From Octopus sinensis (lineage: Eukaryota): a stretch of 64,000 nucleotides of DNA. Under the pieces are notes generated by a model. That model was not told the DNA's origin. It saw nothing but the letters and a program-made list of their open reading frames with translations, and ran no database searches. The stretch spans positions 23,188,001-23,252,000 of the forward strand of contig NC_043000.1 in assembly GCF_006345805.1 (NCBI RefSeq), written 5' to 3'. Made by a program: the position numbers and the translations under genes. Below, in pieces: positions 1 to 11,580 of the stretch. Every line of letters begins with the position of its first letter. The stretch's first letter is position 1.

Positions 1-300
1 TTAAGAGATGAGGAATTATGTACATTAGTTACATTTTTATGCCCACGGGCATATGGCGTAGTGGTTAAGAGTGCGGGCTACTAACCCCAAGATTCCGAGT
101 TCAATTCCAAGCAGTGACCTAAACAATAACAACAACAACAATAATAACATCAAAAAATACCTTAGGAATGAGAACCCAGTTTCGAAATTTCCCCAAGACA
201 CCTGATGAAGGCTGGAGAGTATATCAGCCGAAACATGTTAACAACAAACAAGATGAGGACAAATATCCGTCGAATGTAAATAAATTGACCCCAGTACATA
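1..300 (+). mobile_element. Short non-autonomous element: tRNA-derived head, (AAC/AAT)n linker, hammerhead-like core, inverted terminal sequence
   Basis: A box TGGCGTAGTGG at 54-64, B box GAGTTCAATTCC at 97-108, CTGATGA..GAAAC at 202-234; 25-35 vs 273-283 and 17-23 vs 294-300 are inverted repeats; may start before the window. Confidence 0.6.
196..240 (+). ncRNA. Minimal hammerhead ribozyme-like motif
   Basis: CUGAUGA 202-208, stem II GGCUG/CAGCC (210-214/225-229), GAAA 230-233, then palindromic AACAUGUU; stem I partner weak in this copy. Confidence 0.45.
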
Positions 301-672
301 TTTTTTTTTCAAGTCTGGTATACATTATATCAATATCTTTTGCTGAACAGGGAAGTAAGCAAGCAAATACCTCTTGTCAAGTGGTGGGGAGACAGTCACA
401 GACACAAAGGTGCACACACATACACACACACATACGAGGAGGTGGGGCTGGACAGTTGCTGGTTTTGGGCAAAAGAAAATACAAGAGGATCAGTTGATTA
501 TAAATTTATTCAACATATTCCCCATCAGATCCACACACTTATTGTAGTGGTCCTTCAGTTCTTCTAAGGCCTGTAAAACCACTTGGAAGGTTGGTCCTCC
601 AACTAGGCCTTTTGCAAGCCCCTTAAAGTCAGTATAAAGATATATATATATATACACACAAAGGAGATGAAC

Positions 673-1076
673 GGCGCAGAAGTGACTCTGTGGTAAGTAG
701 CTTACTTACCAACAACATGGTTCCGGGTTCAGTCCCACTGCTTGGCACCTTGGGCAAGTGTCTTCTACTATAGCCTCAGGCTGACCAAAGCCTTGTGAGT
801 GGATCTGGTAGACGGAAACTGAAAGAAGCCTGTCGTATATATGTATATGTATATATATGTATGTGTGTGTGTGTGTGTTTGTCCCCATAACATCGCTTGA
901 CAACCGATGGTGGTGTGTTTACATCCCCATAACTTAGCAGTTCAGCAAAAGAGACTGATAGAATAAGTACTAGGCTTCCAAAGAATAAATCCTGGGGTTG
1001 ATTTGCTTGACAAAAGGCAGTGCTCCAGCATGGCCACAGTCAAATGACTGAAACAAGTAAAAGAGAGAAAAGAGAG
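673..1076 (+). mobile_element. tRNA-derived SINE family A, full length
   Basis: tRNA-like head (B-box-like GGTTCAGTCCC), central (TA)/(TG) tract, AAAAGAG tail; matches copies at 19025, 28603, 37452, 56262. Confidence 0.85.
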
Positions 1077-1110
1077 TATATACAAATATCTATCTATCTG
1101 TCTATCTTTG

Positions 1111-1340
1111 CTTTATTCTTTTATTCTTTTACTTGTGTCAGTCATTTGACTGTGGCCATGCTGGAGCACCACTTTAAAGGGTGTTAGTCAAAGAAATTAT
1201 TCTTTGTTAGGCTAATACTTATTCTATTGGTCTCTTTTGCTGAACCACTAAGTTATGGGGGACATAAACATACCAGCATCGTTTGTCAAGCAATGGTGGG
1301 GAGGGGGGACAAACACAGGCACACACACGCACACAAATAT

Positions 1341-1373
<33 letters not shown>

Positions 1374-1390
1374 CATAAATATATATATAC

Positions 1391-1462
<72 letters not shown>

Positions 1463-1763
1463 CATATATATATAGTGAGAATTTACAAAAAAACAAAAGA
1501 TGAAGACAGGTGTGTAAATAACAAACAGATGTATTAGTTTAATGCTCGGGAAGTGAGAAAGTCTTTTACATTTCTTTGACAGAAAGAAACACAGAAATAA
1601 ACAGGGAGAGAAAATAAAAAAGGTTTACATCTACCAAATCCACTCATAAGGCTTTGGTTAGCCTGAGGCTGTAGTAGAAAGCACTTGGTCAAGGTGCCAC
1701 GCAATGGGACTGAACCTGGAACCTCGTGGTTGGGAAGGAAGCTTCTTACCACACAGCCACACC
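1111..1763 (-). mobile_element. SINE family A interrupted in its central (TA)n by another element
   Basis: 3' half 1111-1330 and 5' half 1628-1763 are reverse complements of family A; (TA)n 1336-1474. Confidence 0.8.
1475..1620 (-). mobile_element. Short (TA)n-associated element (family P), hammerhead stem II deleted
   Basis: Homologous to 36016-36207 and 42680-42850 but lacks the GAGC/GCTY hairpin. Confidence 0.55.
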
Positions 1764-2132
1764 TTATATTTTTTTTAAGTATGGTACTTGTTCTACTGGT
1801 CTCTTTCATTGAACTGCTAAGTTTCAAGAAAGTAAACAAACAAACACTGCTTGTCAATGTGGAGCTAGTAAATGAAGATATATTTCGTTGACTGTGTGAA
1901 TAATAACTGAAGCTCACTTGTAAACACTGAACTGAAATATTTATTGCTGGACATAAAGATATTAGGTGTTAGCTATTTACAATGAACAACATAAATGTTT
2001 GCTGACTGGGAGAGAGAGACAGACTGCTCTGAAATTATAGAAATCTATCTGTCTGACAAGATGCAGTCTGCTCAAAAATATAGGAAGACATCTGCACAAA
2101 GCTCTGTAGTGACAGAGGTCTTTGGATGTCTA

Positions 2133-2556
2133 TATCATCATCATCATTGTTCGACCGTGGTCGAGACAATGGAATTTACTATGTTACGCCAGACCTTACG
2201 GTCCATCATAGCATTACGGAGGTCCTGTTGCTGGATGCCTGTATCCCTGGAGATTACATTAGGGTAGGAGAGTGTGTGCCCTCTGGTATCACGAGCAGAT
2301 GGTTTCCAGAGGAGAAGAGTAGAAATTACCTCGTTTTCACCTCTACAACAATGTCCAGCAAACTGGACTCTTCTACCTTTCACAAGAGATGATACAGGTG
2401 GTAATTTCCCATATATTTGTACTTTGGTTGGATGACGTTTCCATGAGAGATTTTGAGCTCTCGTAAGGAGGCGAGTGTAAGTTCCATCCAACCGCCTCTC
2501 AAGCTTCTTTGATAACATCCAGGTTTCTGAGCCATATAGTAGAATTGGTTTGACTG
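2133..2556 (-). mobile_element. 5'-truncated RTE-clade LINE (ORF C-terminus plus (TGA)n tail)
   Basis: Translates ..LLYGSETWMLSKKLERRLDGTYTRLL..RRVQFAGHC..MMDRKVWR; perfect 10-bp TSD TGGATGTCTA at 2123-2132 and 2557-2566. Confidence 0.9.
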
Positions 2557-2803
2557 TGGATGTCTACTCACAGCCACCTGTGCTCTAAGCTGTGCACCAA
2601 ATTCTAAATCATTTAAGAAAAATTTTGTCACGCCACAGCCTCATGCTGATTGGTTGTTAAATAAACCAATCATATAAAACTATGGTGGCTCACTCATGGT
2701 ATTTGACCAATTATCCAGAGGTTGAGGTTTTGAGTCACTGCTACACTGAACTGCTAAGAAAACAAACACTGGTTGTCAAGACTCAAACACAAACACACAC
2801 ATA

Positions 2804-3069
2804 CCGATGCCAGCACTGCCTTGACTGGCTTCCATGCCGGTGGCACGTAAAAAGCATCAACCGATCGTGGCCGTTGCCAGCCTCACCTGGCACCTGTGCC
2901 AGTGGAATGTAAAAAGCACCCACTACACTCACGGAGTGGTTGCCGTTAGGAAGGGCATCCAGCTGTAGAAACACTGCCAGATCAGACTGGAGCCTGGTGC
3001 AGCCTCCATGGCTTCCAGACCCTGGTTGAACCGTCCAACCCATGCTAGCATGGAAAACGGACGTTAAAC

Positions 3070-3112
<43 letters not shown>
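2804..3112 (+). mobile_element. SINE-like family C (RTE-type 3' end, (GAT)n tail)
   Basis: Core GCACCCACTACACTC..GGAAGGGCATCCAGCTGTAGAAAC and end CATGCTAGCATGGAAA..TTAAAC(GAT)n shared by more than 10 copies here. Confidence 0.8.
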
Positions 3113-3527
3113 TGACATTTTGACTTTTTTGGAAGTAAATAATTTCCTGTATCAAAAGTTGATGACCAATTTCATGTAAATAAGGAAAATAACCATTATT
3201 TTAAGTTTTTTTTTTTAAATATCACCCCAACTGAAGAAATTTAACACCACTTTTGACCCAAATCCTGCAAAATTCTAGTGGGGTTCATAATGCCAGCACA
3301 AGATTTTTTTTACCAAACTTGGTGTGCTGACTTAATGCAATGCAGAAGCAGTATATCTCAAATTTCAGCTTTCAGATCTAAGTAGATTAAGAGTTACAGA
3401 GTTTTTAATTTGTTACCACTTAGGCCCTACTTTAAGAAATATCCTCTTCCTCTCCTCTTAATTTCTGTGACATTAAAAACGCTGTTTTTTAGAACAGTGG
3501 GTTTATCCAACTAGAGTAAAAGATTCA

Positions 3528-3759
3528 TGTGAGCTCGTTGCCAGTACCACCTGAATGGCCCTGTGCCGGTGGCACGTAAAAGCACCCACTACACTCTTGG
3601 AGTGGTTGGTGTTAGGAAGGGCATCCAGCAATAGAAACTCTGCCAGATCAAGATTGAAACCTGGTGCAGCCATCTGGTTCACCAGCCCTCAGTCAAATCA
3701 TCCTCCCCATGCTAGCATGGAAAGCGGACGTTAACCGATGATGATGATGATGATGATGA
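3528..3759 (+). mobile_element. Family C copy nested in the DNA transposon
   Basis: Family C core and (GAT)n tail. Confidence 0.8.
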
Positions 3760-4129
3760 AGAGAAGTGCTTGTGTCACTCAAAGAAACAAAAAAAATCTG
3801 GACAAAGAATCTCATGCAATTTCAAGACTCACACAAGAAAAGAAGACTTGTTCCTCTAGAAGAGCATTCTTTGGGAAACAACTGCAGGATACCAATAAAA
3901 CTTCAAATTGTCAGTCGCTACCTGTTTCTTGGAGGTACCATCAAGGGAAGGAAAGAAAGAAGAAAGGAAATTTCAAAAGAAGTTACTTTTTATGGCAAAA
4001 GAAATTAAATTTCTCATATTTATCAATTCAAAATGTACAACCAATAGTAGAATACCTACAATAAATGTGTAAAATGAGGAAAATAGGATTCATTGAAAGG
4101 AATTTTTGACATCACAAAGGGAATGGCTG

Positions 4130-5400
4130 TGCAATGAGGATAGAAGGTTATATTACCTTCAAACTGAAAGCAAGGGACAGGTTGGGTATGCAACTGGAAA
4201 GGCAGACAGTTCCAAAACTATCCACCCATCCAAATGAAGAAAATTGTCCTTAATGACAACTTCAACCAGAGCAACTCCAGTGTCATCATCAACGTCTGAA
4301 GCAGAAACTGAAAGTGAATACCAAGAGTCCAAAAAATCAGATGAAGAATCCACACAAAGAGGAAGAACACCAGAACTGGAACTGCAATCAAGTTAGTAAT
4401 ATCTTCCAAGCTATCAACTCCAAAAAGCAGCAACAGTTTGTCACAATTATCTCAAAATGGAATCGATGTCAATACTCCTTCCCAATCTGGTATTACCGAT
4501 TGACTATCAAAAAAAGCTGTTAAACTAAAAAGGAAAATGATGAAAACACTACATTTAGAAAACTGGTCATTGCATTTTGATGGTAAACGTATTGATGACC
4601 AAGAATACCAAGTGCTAGTTTTAAAGAATGAACAGGGAGAAGTTAAGTTAAAAGCACTCCAATTCCAAAGGGAAAAGCCAATACTGTTGCGAAAGGAATA
4701 ACAGCAGTTTTAGATGAATACAATTTATGGAACTGTGTAAGGATGATTGTGACTGATACAACAGGTGTGAACACTGAGAAAAGAAATGGCATTGCAATTC
4801 AGTTGCAAAGACTGCTCAAAAGGGTTTGAAAGAACCACAGTTTATTGGTTGTCAGTATCATATCCTTGATAGAGTTCTTCATGCTGTAATGTATAATAAA
4901 CTTGGAGAAAAAGAGTCATCTCTCAATATTGAATATACATTCATACCACAGCTTCCAAGTAATTACAAGGAACTCCAGGCTAATTTCAACATTGGTGAAG
5001 AAAAGACTACTTAATCAGCAGGATGGCGAGATGACATGAAATTTCTATTTCATTTGACCAAAGTTTTCATTTCTTTCCTACTGTAAACTTTCAAAAAATA
5101 CCCAATTTAAGTAATGCAAGATGGAATTCTTGAGCAATACCAGCTCTTTTGGCATTTATTCTTCTACCAGAGAAAAGAGTTTTGCTTCTCAATATTTGTT
5201 GATTCATCTCTTACAGCTGGGCAGATTTTTGTTTTACTGACCAAATGTTCAATGCACGTGATTATCAGAAGTTATGTGGCAACCTGCAAGTTCATAAAAA
5301 AGCATTGAATTCTGTAAAAAAAAAACCCATAAAAACTGGAAATTCCCAGAACAAATCAGAGTGCAGAACAGGCAATCAAGTGCCTTCAAGATCTTTATGA
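4130..5400 (+). pseudogene. Frameshifted transposase remnant
   Basis: SLHFDGK (4567-4587), DTTGVNT (4755-4775), CQYHILD (4850-4870) resemble D, DTT.xNTG and CxxH motifs of hAT-like transposases; stops and frameshifts present. Confidence 0.7.
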
Positions 5401-6459
5401 TGTTTGTAAAAAGGAGAAACTTCAGTTCTGATTTATTTTATCTAACAAAACAGATTAATTCTTTATGTTAAAAAATTTGCTAACATTCAGCTCCCTTTTT
5501 CATATACAGTTATTTAAAATTGGAGTTAAACCTATAAAGTTAAAAATATGTATTGTTTTTAATTTTGTATGTTATCGAATGCTTGTAGTGGCCTCTGTCT
5601 TAAAATAGCCTAGTTTTGAACCTTTGCACAGGGTAATTTCAATTCAGTAATCTTAAAAATGTATAAATACACTTTTATTCCACATCTCTCTTCTGTTTGC
5701 AAGGATTTAGGCAGCAGAAATACTGAAAGGTGAATCTAAAGATTATAGATTTAAAAGCCCATAACTCCAAAACTACTTCAACTAGAAAGCTGAAATTCCA
5801 GATATACTATTTCTGCATTGCATTGAGTCAGCACACCAACGTTGGTAAAAACTTGAGCAGGTGTTATGAACCCTGCTAGAATTTTGCATGATTTGGGTCA
5901 AAAGGGATGATCGATTTCTTCAGTTGGGGGTGACTTGTTTTTCAAATGAAGCAAAATAACTGTTAGTTTTCTCACTTTTATGAAATTATTCATTGAATTG
6001 CAGTATAGGGTTATTAGATTGTGAAAAAGTCATAACCCTATATATATATATTATATATACAAATATTATACATATATACAAATATTTATCTATCTATCTA
6101 TTTATCTTATCTTTCTATATGGTCATGGGCCAACAGGGTTTTGGGATCTGACAAAACGCCATAAAGCTAAACCCTTTATGGATGGGAAACCTAAGGTAAT
6201 CCCATAAATCAGCCTTCTCCGTTTTTAATATCACCATGCTTGATCACTAAATCCACGCGTTTTTTTATTCTCTCTCTGTTTATTTAAAAATTTTTTTCTA
6301 ATTCATAATTCTAAATTTGAAACTAGCTTGGTATATATGTAAATACATTTATCTTAAACAATTACAAGTTTTTCAAATTTAGGTGCATTTTCAACAACAA
6401 ATTTGCCTATATTTTTTCCTGCATCGAACCCCCCCTCCCTCTTTTGTTATGAGGCAAGT

Positions 6460-6837
6460 GAAATCGGAATTGAAATCGAAATCAAATTTGATGATTGGCA
6501 TCCATGCTGGTGGAACGTTAAGAGCACCATCTGAGCATGATCATTGCCAGAGCAGCTAACTGGCTTCCGTGCTGGTGGCACGTAAAAAGCACCATTTGAG
6601 CATGGCCGTTCCCAGTACCGCCTGACTGGCTCTCGTATTGGTAGCATGTAAAAGCACCCACCACATTCTGGGAGTGGTTGGCATTATGAAGGGCATCCAG
6701 CTGTAGAAACTCTGCCAGATTAGATTGGAGCCTGGTGCAGCCATCTGGTTCACCAGTCCTCAGTCAAATCATCCAACCCATGCTAGCATGGAAAGCGGAT
6801 GTTAAACGAGGATGATGAGGAGGAGGAGGAGGATGAT
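6460..6837 (+). mobile_element. Family C copy with three internal ~65-bp units
   Basis: Repeated GCACCAT..GAGC..GGCACGTAAAA units before the core. Confidence 0.8.
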
Positions 6838-6854
6838 ATATTTATATATATATA

Positions 6855-6893
<39 letters not shown>

Positions 6894-6914
6894 ATATGTA
6901 AATGCCCCCCATGA

Positions 6915-7146
6915 AATCATAGTTGTTGCCTTGCTGGTGTCATGTAAATGGCACCCATGCTGGTGACACATAAAAGCACCATTTATACTCCTGGATTGGC
7001 TGGCATTAGGAAGGGCATCCAGCCATAGAAACCATACCAAATCAGACTGGAACCTGGTGCAGCCTTCTGGCTTACCAGTTCCAGTCAAACCATCGAACCT
7101 ATGCCAGTATGGAAAGTGGACATTAAATCATGATGATGATGATGAT
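6915..7146 (+). mobile_element. Family C copy (diverged)
   Basis: GGAAGGGCATCCAGCC core and (GAT)n tail. Confidence 0.7.
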
Positions 7147-7199
7147 ATATATGTACTTATATATGTACATATACATTAACACACACACAGCACGTTTCC

Positions 7200-7330
7200 A
7201 CACTCACAAGGCATTCTTTGGCCCAGGGTTATAATAAAAGATACTTACCCAAGTTGCAGCGCAGTGGGACTGAACCTGAAACCACATGGTTGCAAAGCAA
7301 GGGTCTTAACCGCTCAGCCATGCCTGCGCC
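7200..7330 (-). mobile_element. SINE family A 5' half
   Basis: Reverse complement of the family A head. Confidence 0.65.
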
Positions 7331-7609
7331 ATTGCTCAATTTCAATCTATTTTCGAACTTTTAAGACCTAAGATTGGTGCAAGACTCGAGTGACATGAAA
7401 GGTATAATAAAAGAATGGAAGATGCTTAGATTTGCTTCTTCCAAAAATTATATTATAAACCAAACTCTAAAGCAACGCCCCTTTTTCTCTCTTTCCAAAG
7501 TAAATCAGTAAAAGTAAATCGGTGGATGGAAATAAGTATTTTCTTTTGATTTAGATAAGATACAGGCAAATATATTGTTGGTCTTACATGTCATTGTTAG
7601 AAGTGCTTT

Positions 7610-8060
7610 GGCATAATCACCATGATCCTCCTCCTCCTCGTAACCACCACCACTGCCATCATCTGGGCCATCATCATCATCTCATCATCATTGCCTTCTT
7701 CCTTCTTTTCATCATCTTGACCACTACCACCGCTACAAATACCATCACCACAACCATCATCATCATCATCATCATCATCATCGCCTTCTTCCTGCTCCTT
7801 TCCATCATCTTGACCACTATCACTACCACAACCACCATCACAACCACCACCACCACAAACACCACCAACACTACAACCACCACCACCACCACCACCACCA
7901 CCACCACCACCATCATATTCATTGCCTTCTTCCTGCTCCTTTCCGTCATCTTGGCCACTATCACTACCACAAACACCATCACCACCACCACTACAGCCAC
8001 CACCACCACCACCACCATCATCACAACATCACCACCGTCACCACCACTACCACCATTACC
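7610..8060. repeat. Compound (CAT/CAC)n array with three higher-order units
   Basis: Segment (T/C)GCCTTCTTCCT..TCCATCATCTTGACCACTA recurs near 7692, 7782 and 7923. Confidence 0.85.
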
Positions 8061-8570
8061 ATCATCAATATCCATTTTTTTCTTGTTCCATGCTGACACC
8101 AAACTAGGAAGGTTGACAAGATGTCATGATCCTATGTGATATTATCTGCGAAGCCCAACACATTTCGGTTTTCCATTATTTAATGCAAATCCCTCCCCAG
8201 CATCCACCTTCTTCTTCTATTCACATCACATGTTCATACCAACGTAATTATCACTCTTGTATACCTCAGAAAATGCCTTTGAGGTCAGGTTGCTTTAACA
8301 AGTCATTTGCTCTCAGCTTTTCACATAAATCAACAATTTTGTATCCAAAGGATCCTCTAAAACTTGTTCTATTCCAATCTTTATAAATTTTCTAAAATGA
8401 CTGCTCATATTTCATTGTCGTATAGTACCATACTTCTTATGCAAAACTCATGTAGTTTTTATCTTTTGTATTACTGAAAAAATTTCTTTTTCCTTACAGA
8501 GCTTGCAGTTCTACAACTAGCTGCTCTTTAATCTGCTTCCATCTTTTTCAATCTCTAACCTCTGTAAGAT
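8060..8570 (-). mobile_element. Degenerate RTE LINE 3' end
   Basis: Minus strand LRWYEHVM*IEEE resembles RTE RRLRWxGHVxR; ends CAGCATGGAA..(GAT)n like family C. Confidence 0.55.
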
Positions 8571-8684
8571 GTCAGTAGGTTCACATCAAATTCTAAAGTA
8601 TCTTGCCTTGCTAAAAGAATTTACCAACTTGACAAATCAGAAGAGTTGCTCGAGCATTAGAAAGAAAATGATTGTAGTGTGTAT

Positions 8685-9320
8685 AGGTGCAGGAGTGGCT
8701 GTGTGGTTAGTAGCTTGCTTACCAACCACATGGTTCCGGGTTCATTCCCACTGTGTGGCAACCTGGGCAGGTGTCTTCTACTATAGCCTCAGGCCAACCA
8801 AAGCCTTGTGAGTGGATTTGGTAGATGGAAACTGAAAGAAGCCCGTCATATATATATATATATATATATATGGCACATAAAAAGCACCCACTACACTCTC
8901 GGAGTGGTTGGCGTTTGGAAGGGCATCCAGCTGTAGAAACTCTGCCAGATCAAGATTAGAGCCTGGTGCAGCCATCTGGTTCGCCCAGCCCTCAGTCAAA
9001 ATCATCCAACCCATGCTAGCATGGAAAGCAGATGTTAAACGATGATGATGTTGATGATGATGATATATATATGTGTGTGTGTGTGTGTGTGTTTATGTCT
9101 GTGTTTGTTCCCCACCCAACATCACTTGACAACCGATGGTGGTGTGTTTACGTCCCTGTAACTTAGCGGTTCAGCAAAAGAAACCGATAGAATAAGTACT
9201 AGGCTTACAAAAGAATAAGTCCTAGGGTCGATTTGCTCGACTAAAGGTGGTGCTCCAGCATGGCCGCAGTCAAAATGACTGAAACAAGTAAAAGAGTAAA
9301 AGAGTAAAAGAGTAAAGAGT
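8685..9320 (+). mobile_element. SINE family A interrupted by a family C copy (8873-9063)
   Basis: 5' half to 8850, family C in the central (TA)n, 3' half 9064-9320 with (AAAGAGT)n tail. Confidence 0.85.
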
Positions 9321-9337
9321 ATATTTTGAAACTTGGT

Positions 9338-9660
9338 ACTCTAAGTTCAAATCCTGCTGAGAGCAACTTTGTCTTTTGAAGTTGCCAAAAAAATACTAAT
9401 CCAGAACAATGGAAGTGGATAGATAGAGCTGTAAGACTTGGTGAATTACAGTATTTGTTCTGGCTCCTTGGGTTCCTAGCTCAATTCCTGCTAGGTCAAC
9501 TTTGTCTTTCAACTTAAAATAGTAATCCAGGAAATGGATAGGCAGAACTGTAAGAAATTTGGTTTGGATGCCCAGCAGTATTTGTTCTGTGTCATTGCAT
9601 ACTGAGTTCAAATCCTGCTCAGATCAACCTTAGCATTCATCTTTTTAGCGCTGATAAAAA
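9338..9660 (+). repeat. Degenerate ~130-bp tandem array of tRNA-head/B-box fragments
   Basis: GTTCAAATCC 9345, GCTCAATTCC 9479, GTTCAAATCC 9606, each followed by TGCT..CAAC(T/C)TT. Confidence 0.55.
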
Positions 9661-9809
9661 AAAAATATTGCACTCTAGGGTGGTTGATTGGGGGAACAGT
9701 ATAATAACACGAGTGAGAATGCCTTGTGGTATTTGTTCTGGGATTTTGTGTTCCGATATTAAAATCCTACCATGGCCTACGTGGGTGGTAAATTTAATCT
9801 GTTGCCCAG

Positions 9810-10098
9810 TTTAACACCACCACTTGGCACTTTGGGTGCCTGACCCTGTCAGTGATGGTTCCATGTGAAAAACACTGGTGCTGATGCCACATGGAAAATA
9901 CCTGGTAAACTCTGGCATTCGGAAGGTCATCCAGCTGTAGAAGCCATGCCAAAACAGACAATGGAGACCAATATGGCTGCTGACCTTGCGAGCTCCAGTC
10001 AAACTGACCAACCCATGCCAGCATGGAAAATGGATGTTAAATGATGTCGATGATAACAATGATGATGATGATAACAATGATGATGATGATGATGATGC
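9810..10098 (+). mobile_element. Diverged family C-related element
   Basis: GGAAGGTCATCCAGCTGTAGAA, AACCCATGCCAGCATGGAAAA, (GAT)n tail. Confidence 0.6.
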
Positions 10099-10239
10099 TT
10101 CTGGCTCAAGGATACCTTCCTTCCTCCTTCCCTCCAATCTCAGAGACTCTGTGGAAAGTCATGTGAACTACCTTCATTGTCATTTAACCCCTGGACATCA
10201 CTGTCTCATGTCCTAGGAATCATGGAGCTGGTTACCCAG

Positions 10240-10440
10240 TTTCCTTGGCAAATATGTAAGATAACAACACTCCACCTGAATGGGAAGTCAGTCTGTTGCA
10301 GGGCTTCTCATTTACAGCTGAGTGGACTGGAGCAACATGAAATGAAGTGCCTTGCTCTTGGCTCATAGACCACCTGGTCTGAGAGTTGAAGCCATAGTCT
10401 TACAATCGTGAATGCAACACCCTAACCACTTGCTACATGC
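10240..10440 (-). mobile_element. SINE family E (diverged)
   Basis: CTCATTT(..)ACAGCTGAGTGGACTGGAGCAAC as in 28095-28126. Confidence 0.55.
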
Positions 10441-10519
10441 CAAAACAATAAAAAAAAAACAATCAAAAAAATCCTAACTGGCCATTGTGGCAGGTTTTAC
10501 CTAAATCCTCTGCCCCATC

Positions 10520-10760
10520 ATTATCATCACCACTGCTGCCGCCACTGCCACCGCTGCCACCACCACCATCACCACCACCACCACCACCACCACCACCACC
10601 ACAACAACAACAACAACAACAACCACAACCACAACCCTCACCACCACCACCACCACCACAGCAACAACAACAACAACAACCACAACCACCACCACCACCA
10701 CCACAACCACTGCCACTGCTGCTGCTGCCGCCGTCGTCGTCGTTGTCATCATCATCTTAA
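10520..10760. repeat. (CAC)n/(CAA)n microsatellite
   Basis: Directly visible. Confidence 0.95.
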
Positions 10761-11210
10761 TTTAACATGTCTTACATGCTGGCATGGGTTGGACAAGTTT
10801 GACAGCAGCTAGGAAATCTGGAGAGCTGCACCAGGTTCCTTGGTATATTCAGTACTTGAACCTCATTTATGTGTGTTTTCTTATAGATACAGGTATGACT
10901 TTGTTGTTAAGAAGTTTGTATTACAACAACATGGTTCTGGGTTCAATCCCAGTAAGTAGAAGCTTGAGTGAGTACTTCTAGTACAACTTCAGTGTTATCA
11001 CAGAATGGAAGTTTAGAAGATGAAAATGGTACAGAAACCCATTACGTACACATACACACCAGGTTTTTGATGATGACAATGGTGATGATGATGATAGATA
11101 GATAAATAGATAGATAGATAGATAGATAGATAGACAGACAGATAGATAGACAGGCAGACAGATAGATAGACAGGCAGACAAACAGATAGATAAACATAGA
11201 TACAGTTATG

Positions 11211-11256
<46 letters not shown>

Positions 11257-11267
11257 TGGTTGTGTGG

Positions 11268-11580
11268 TTAAGAATTTCACTTCCAAACCACATAGTTTAC
11301 GGTTCAATCCCACTGTGTACCACCTTGGTCAAATGTTTTCATGTCTGTGCTGATCTGAGCAAACCTTGTGAGTGGATTTGGTTGATGGAAACTAAAAGGA
11401 GCCCATATTTGTGTGTGTGTGTGTGTGATTATATTTACACTGGTCTGAAAGCCAGCATTATTTATGTTATGTCTCTTTATGTCTTGTGACTTAGCAGTTC
11501 AACAAATATATATCAATAAGATAAGTACCAAATCCACCATGACCACAGTCCAATGGCTGAAACCAGTAAAAGAAATGAAG
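11268..11580 (+). mobile_element. SINE family A (diverged)
   Basis: Head, CCTTGTGAGTGGATTTGG, GAAACCAGTAAAAG tail. Confidence 0.65.

Larger units (their letters stand above)
3120..6040 (+). mobile_element. Decayed DNA transposon, hAT superfamily (hATm-like), ~290-bp imperfect TIRs
   Basis: 3120-3412 is an inverted copy of 5748-6040 (e.g. TCACCCCAACTGAAGAAAT at 3222 vs 5914-5933); right end reads TAGGGTTATG on the minus strand; left tip missing; no TSD found. Confidence 0.75.

Noticed and set aside
48-119. tRNA gene
   Set aside because: A and B boxes are present but the acceptor and anticodon stems do not close; it is a SINE-type head, as are the heads of families A, B, D and E
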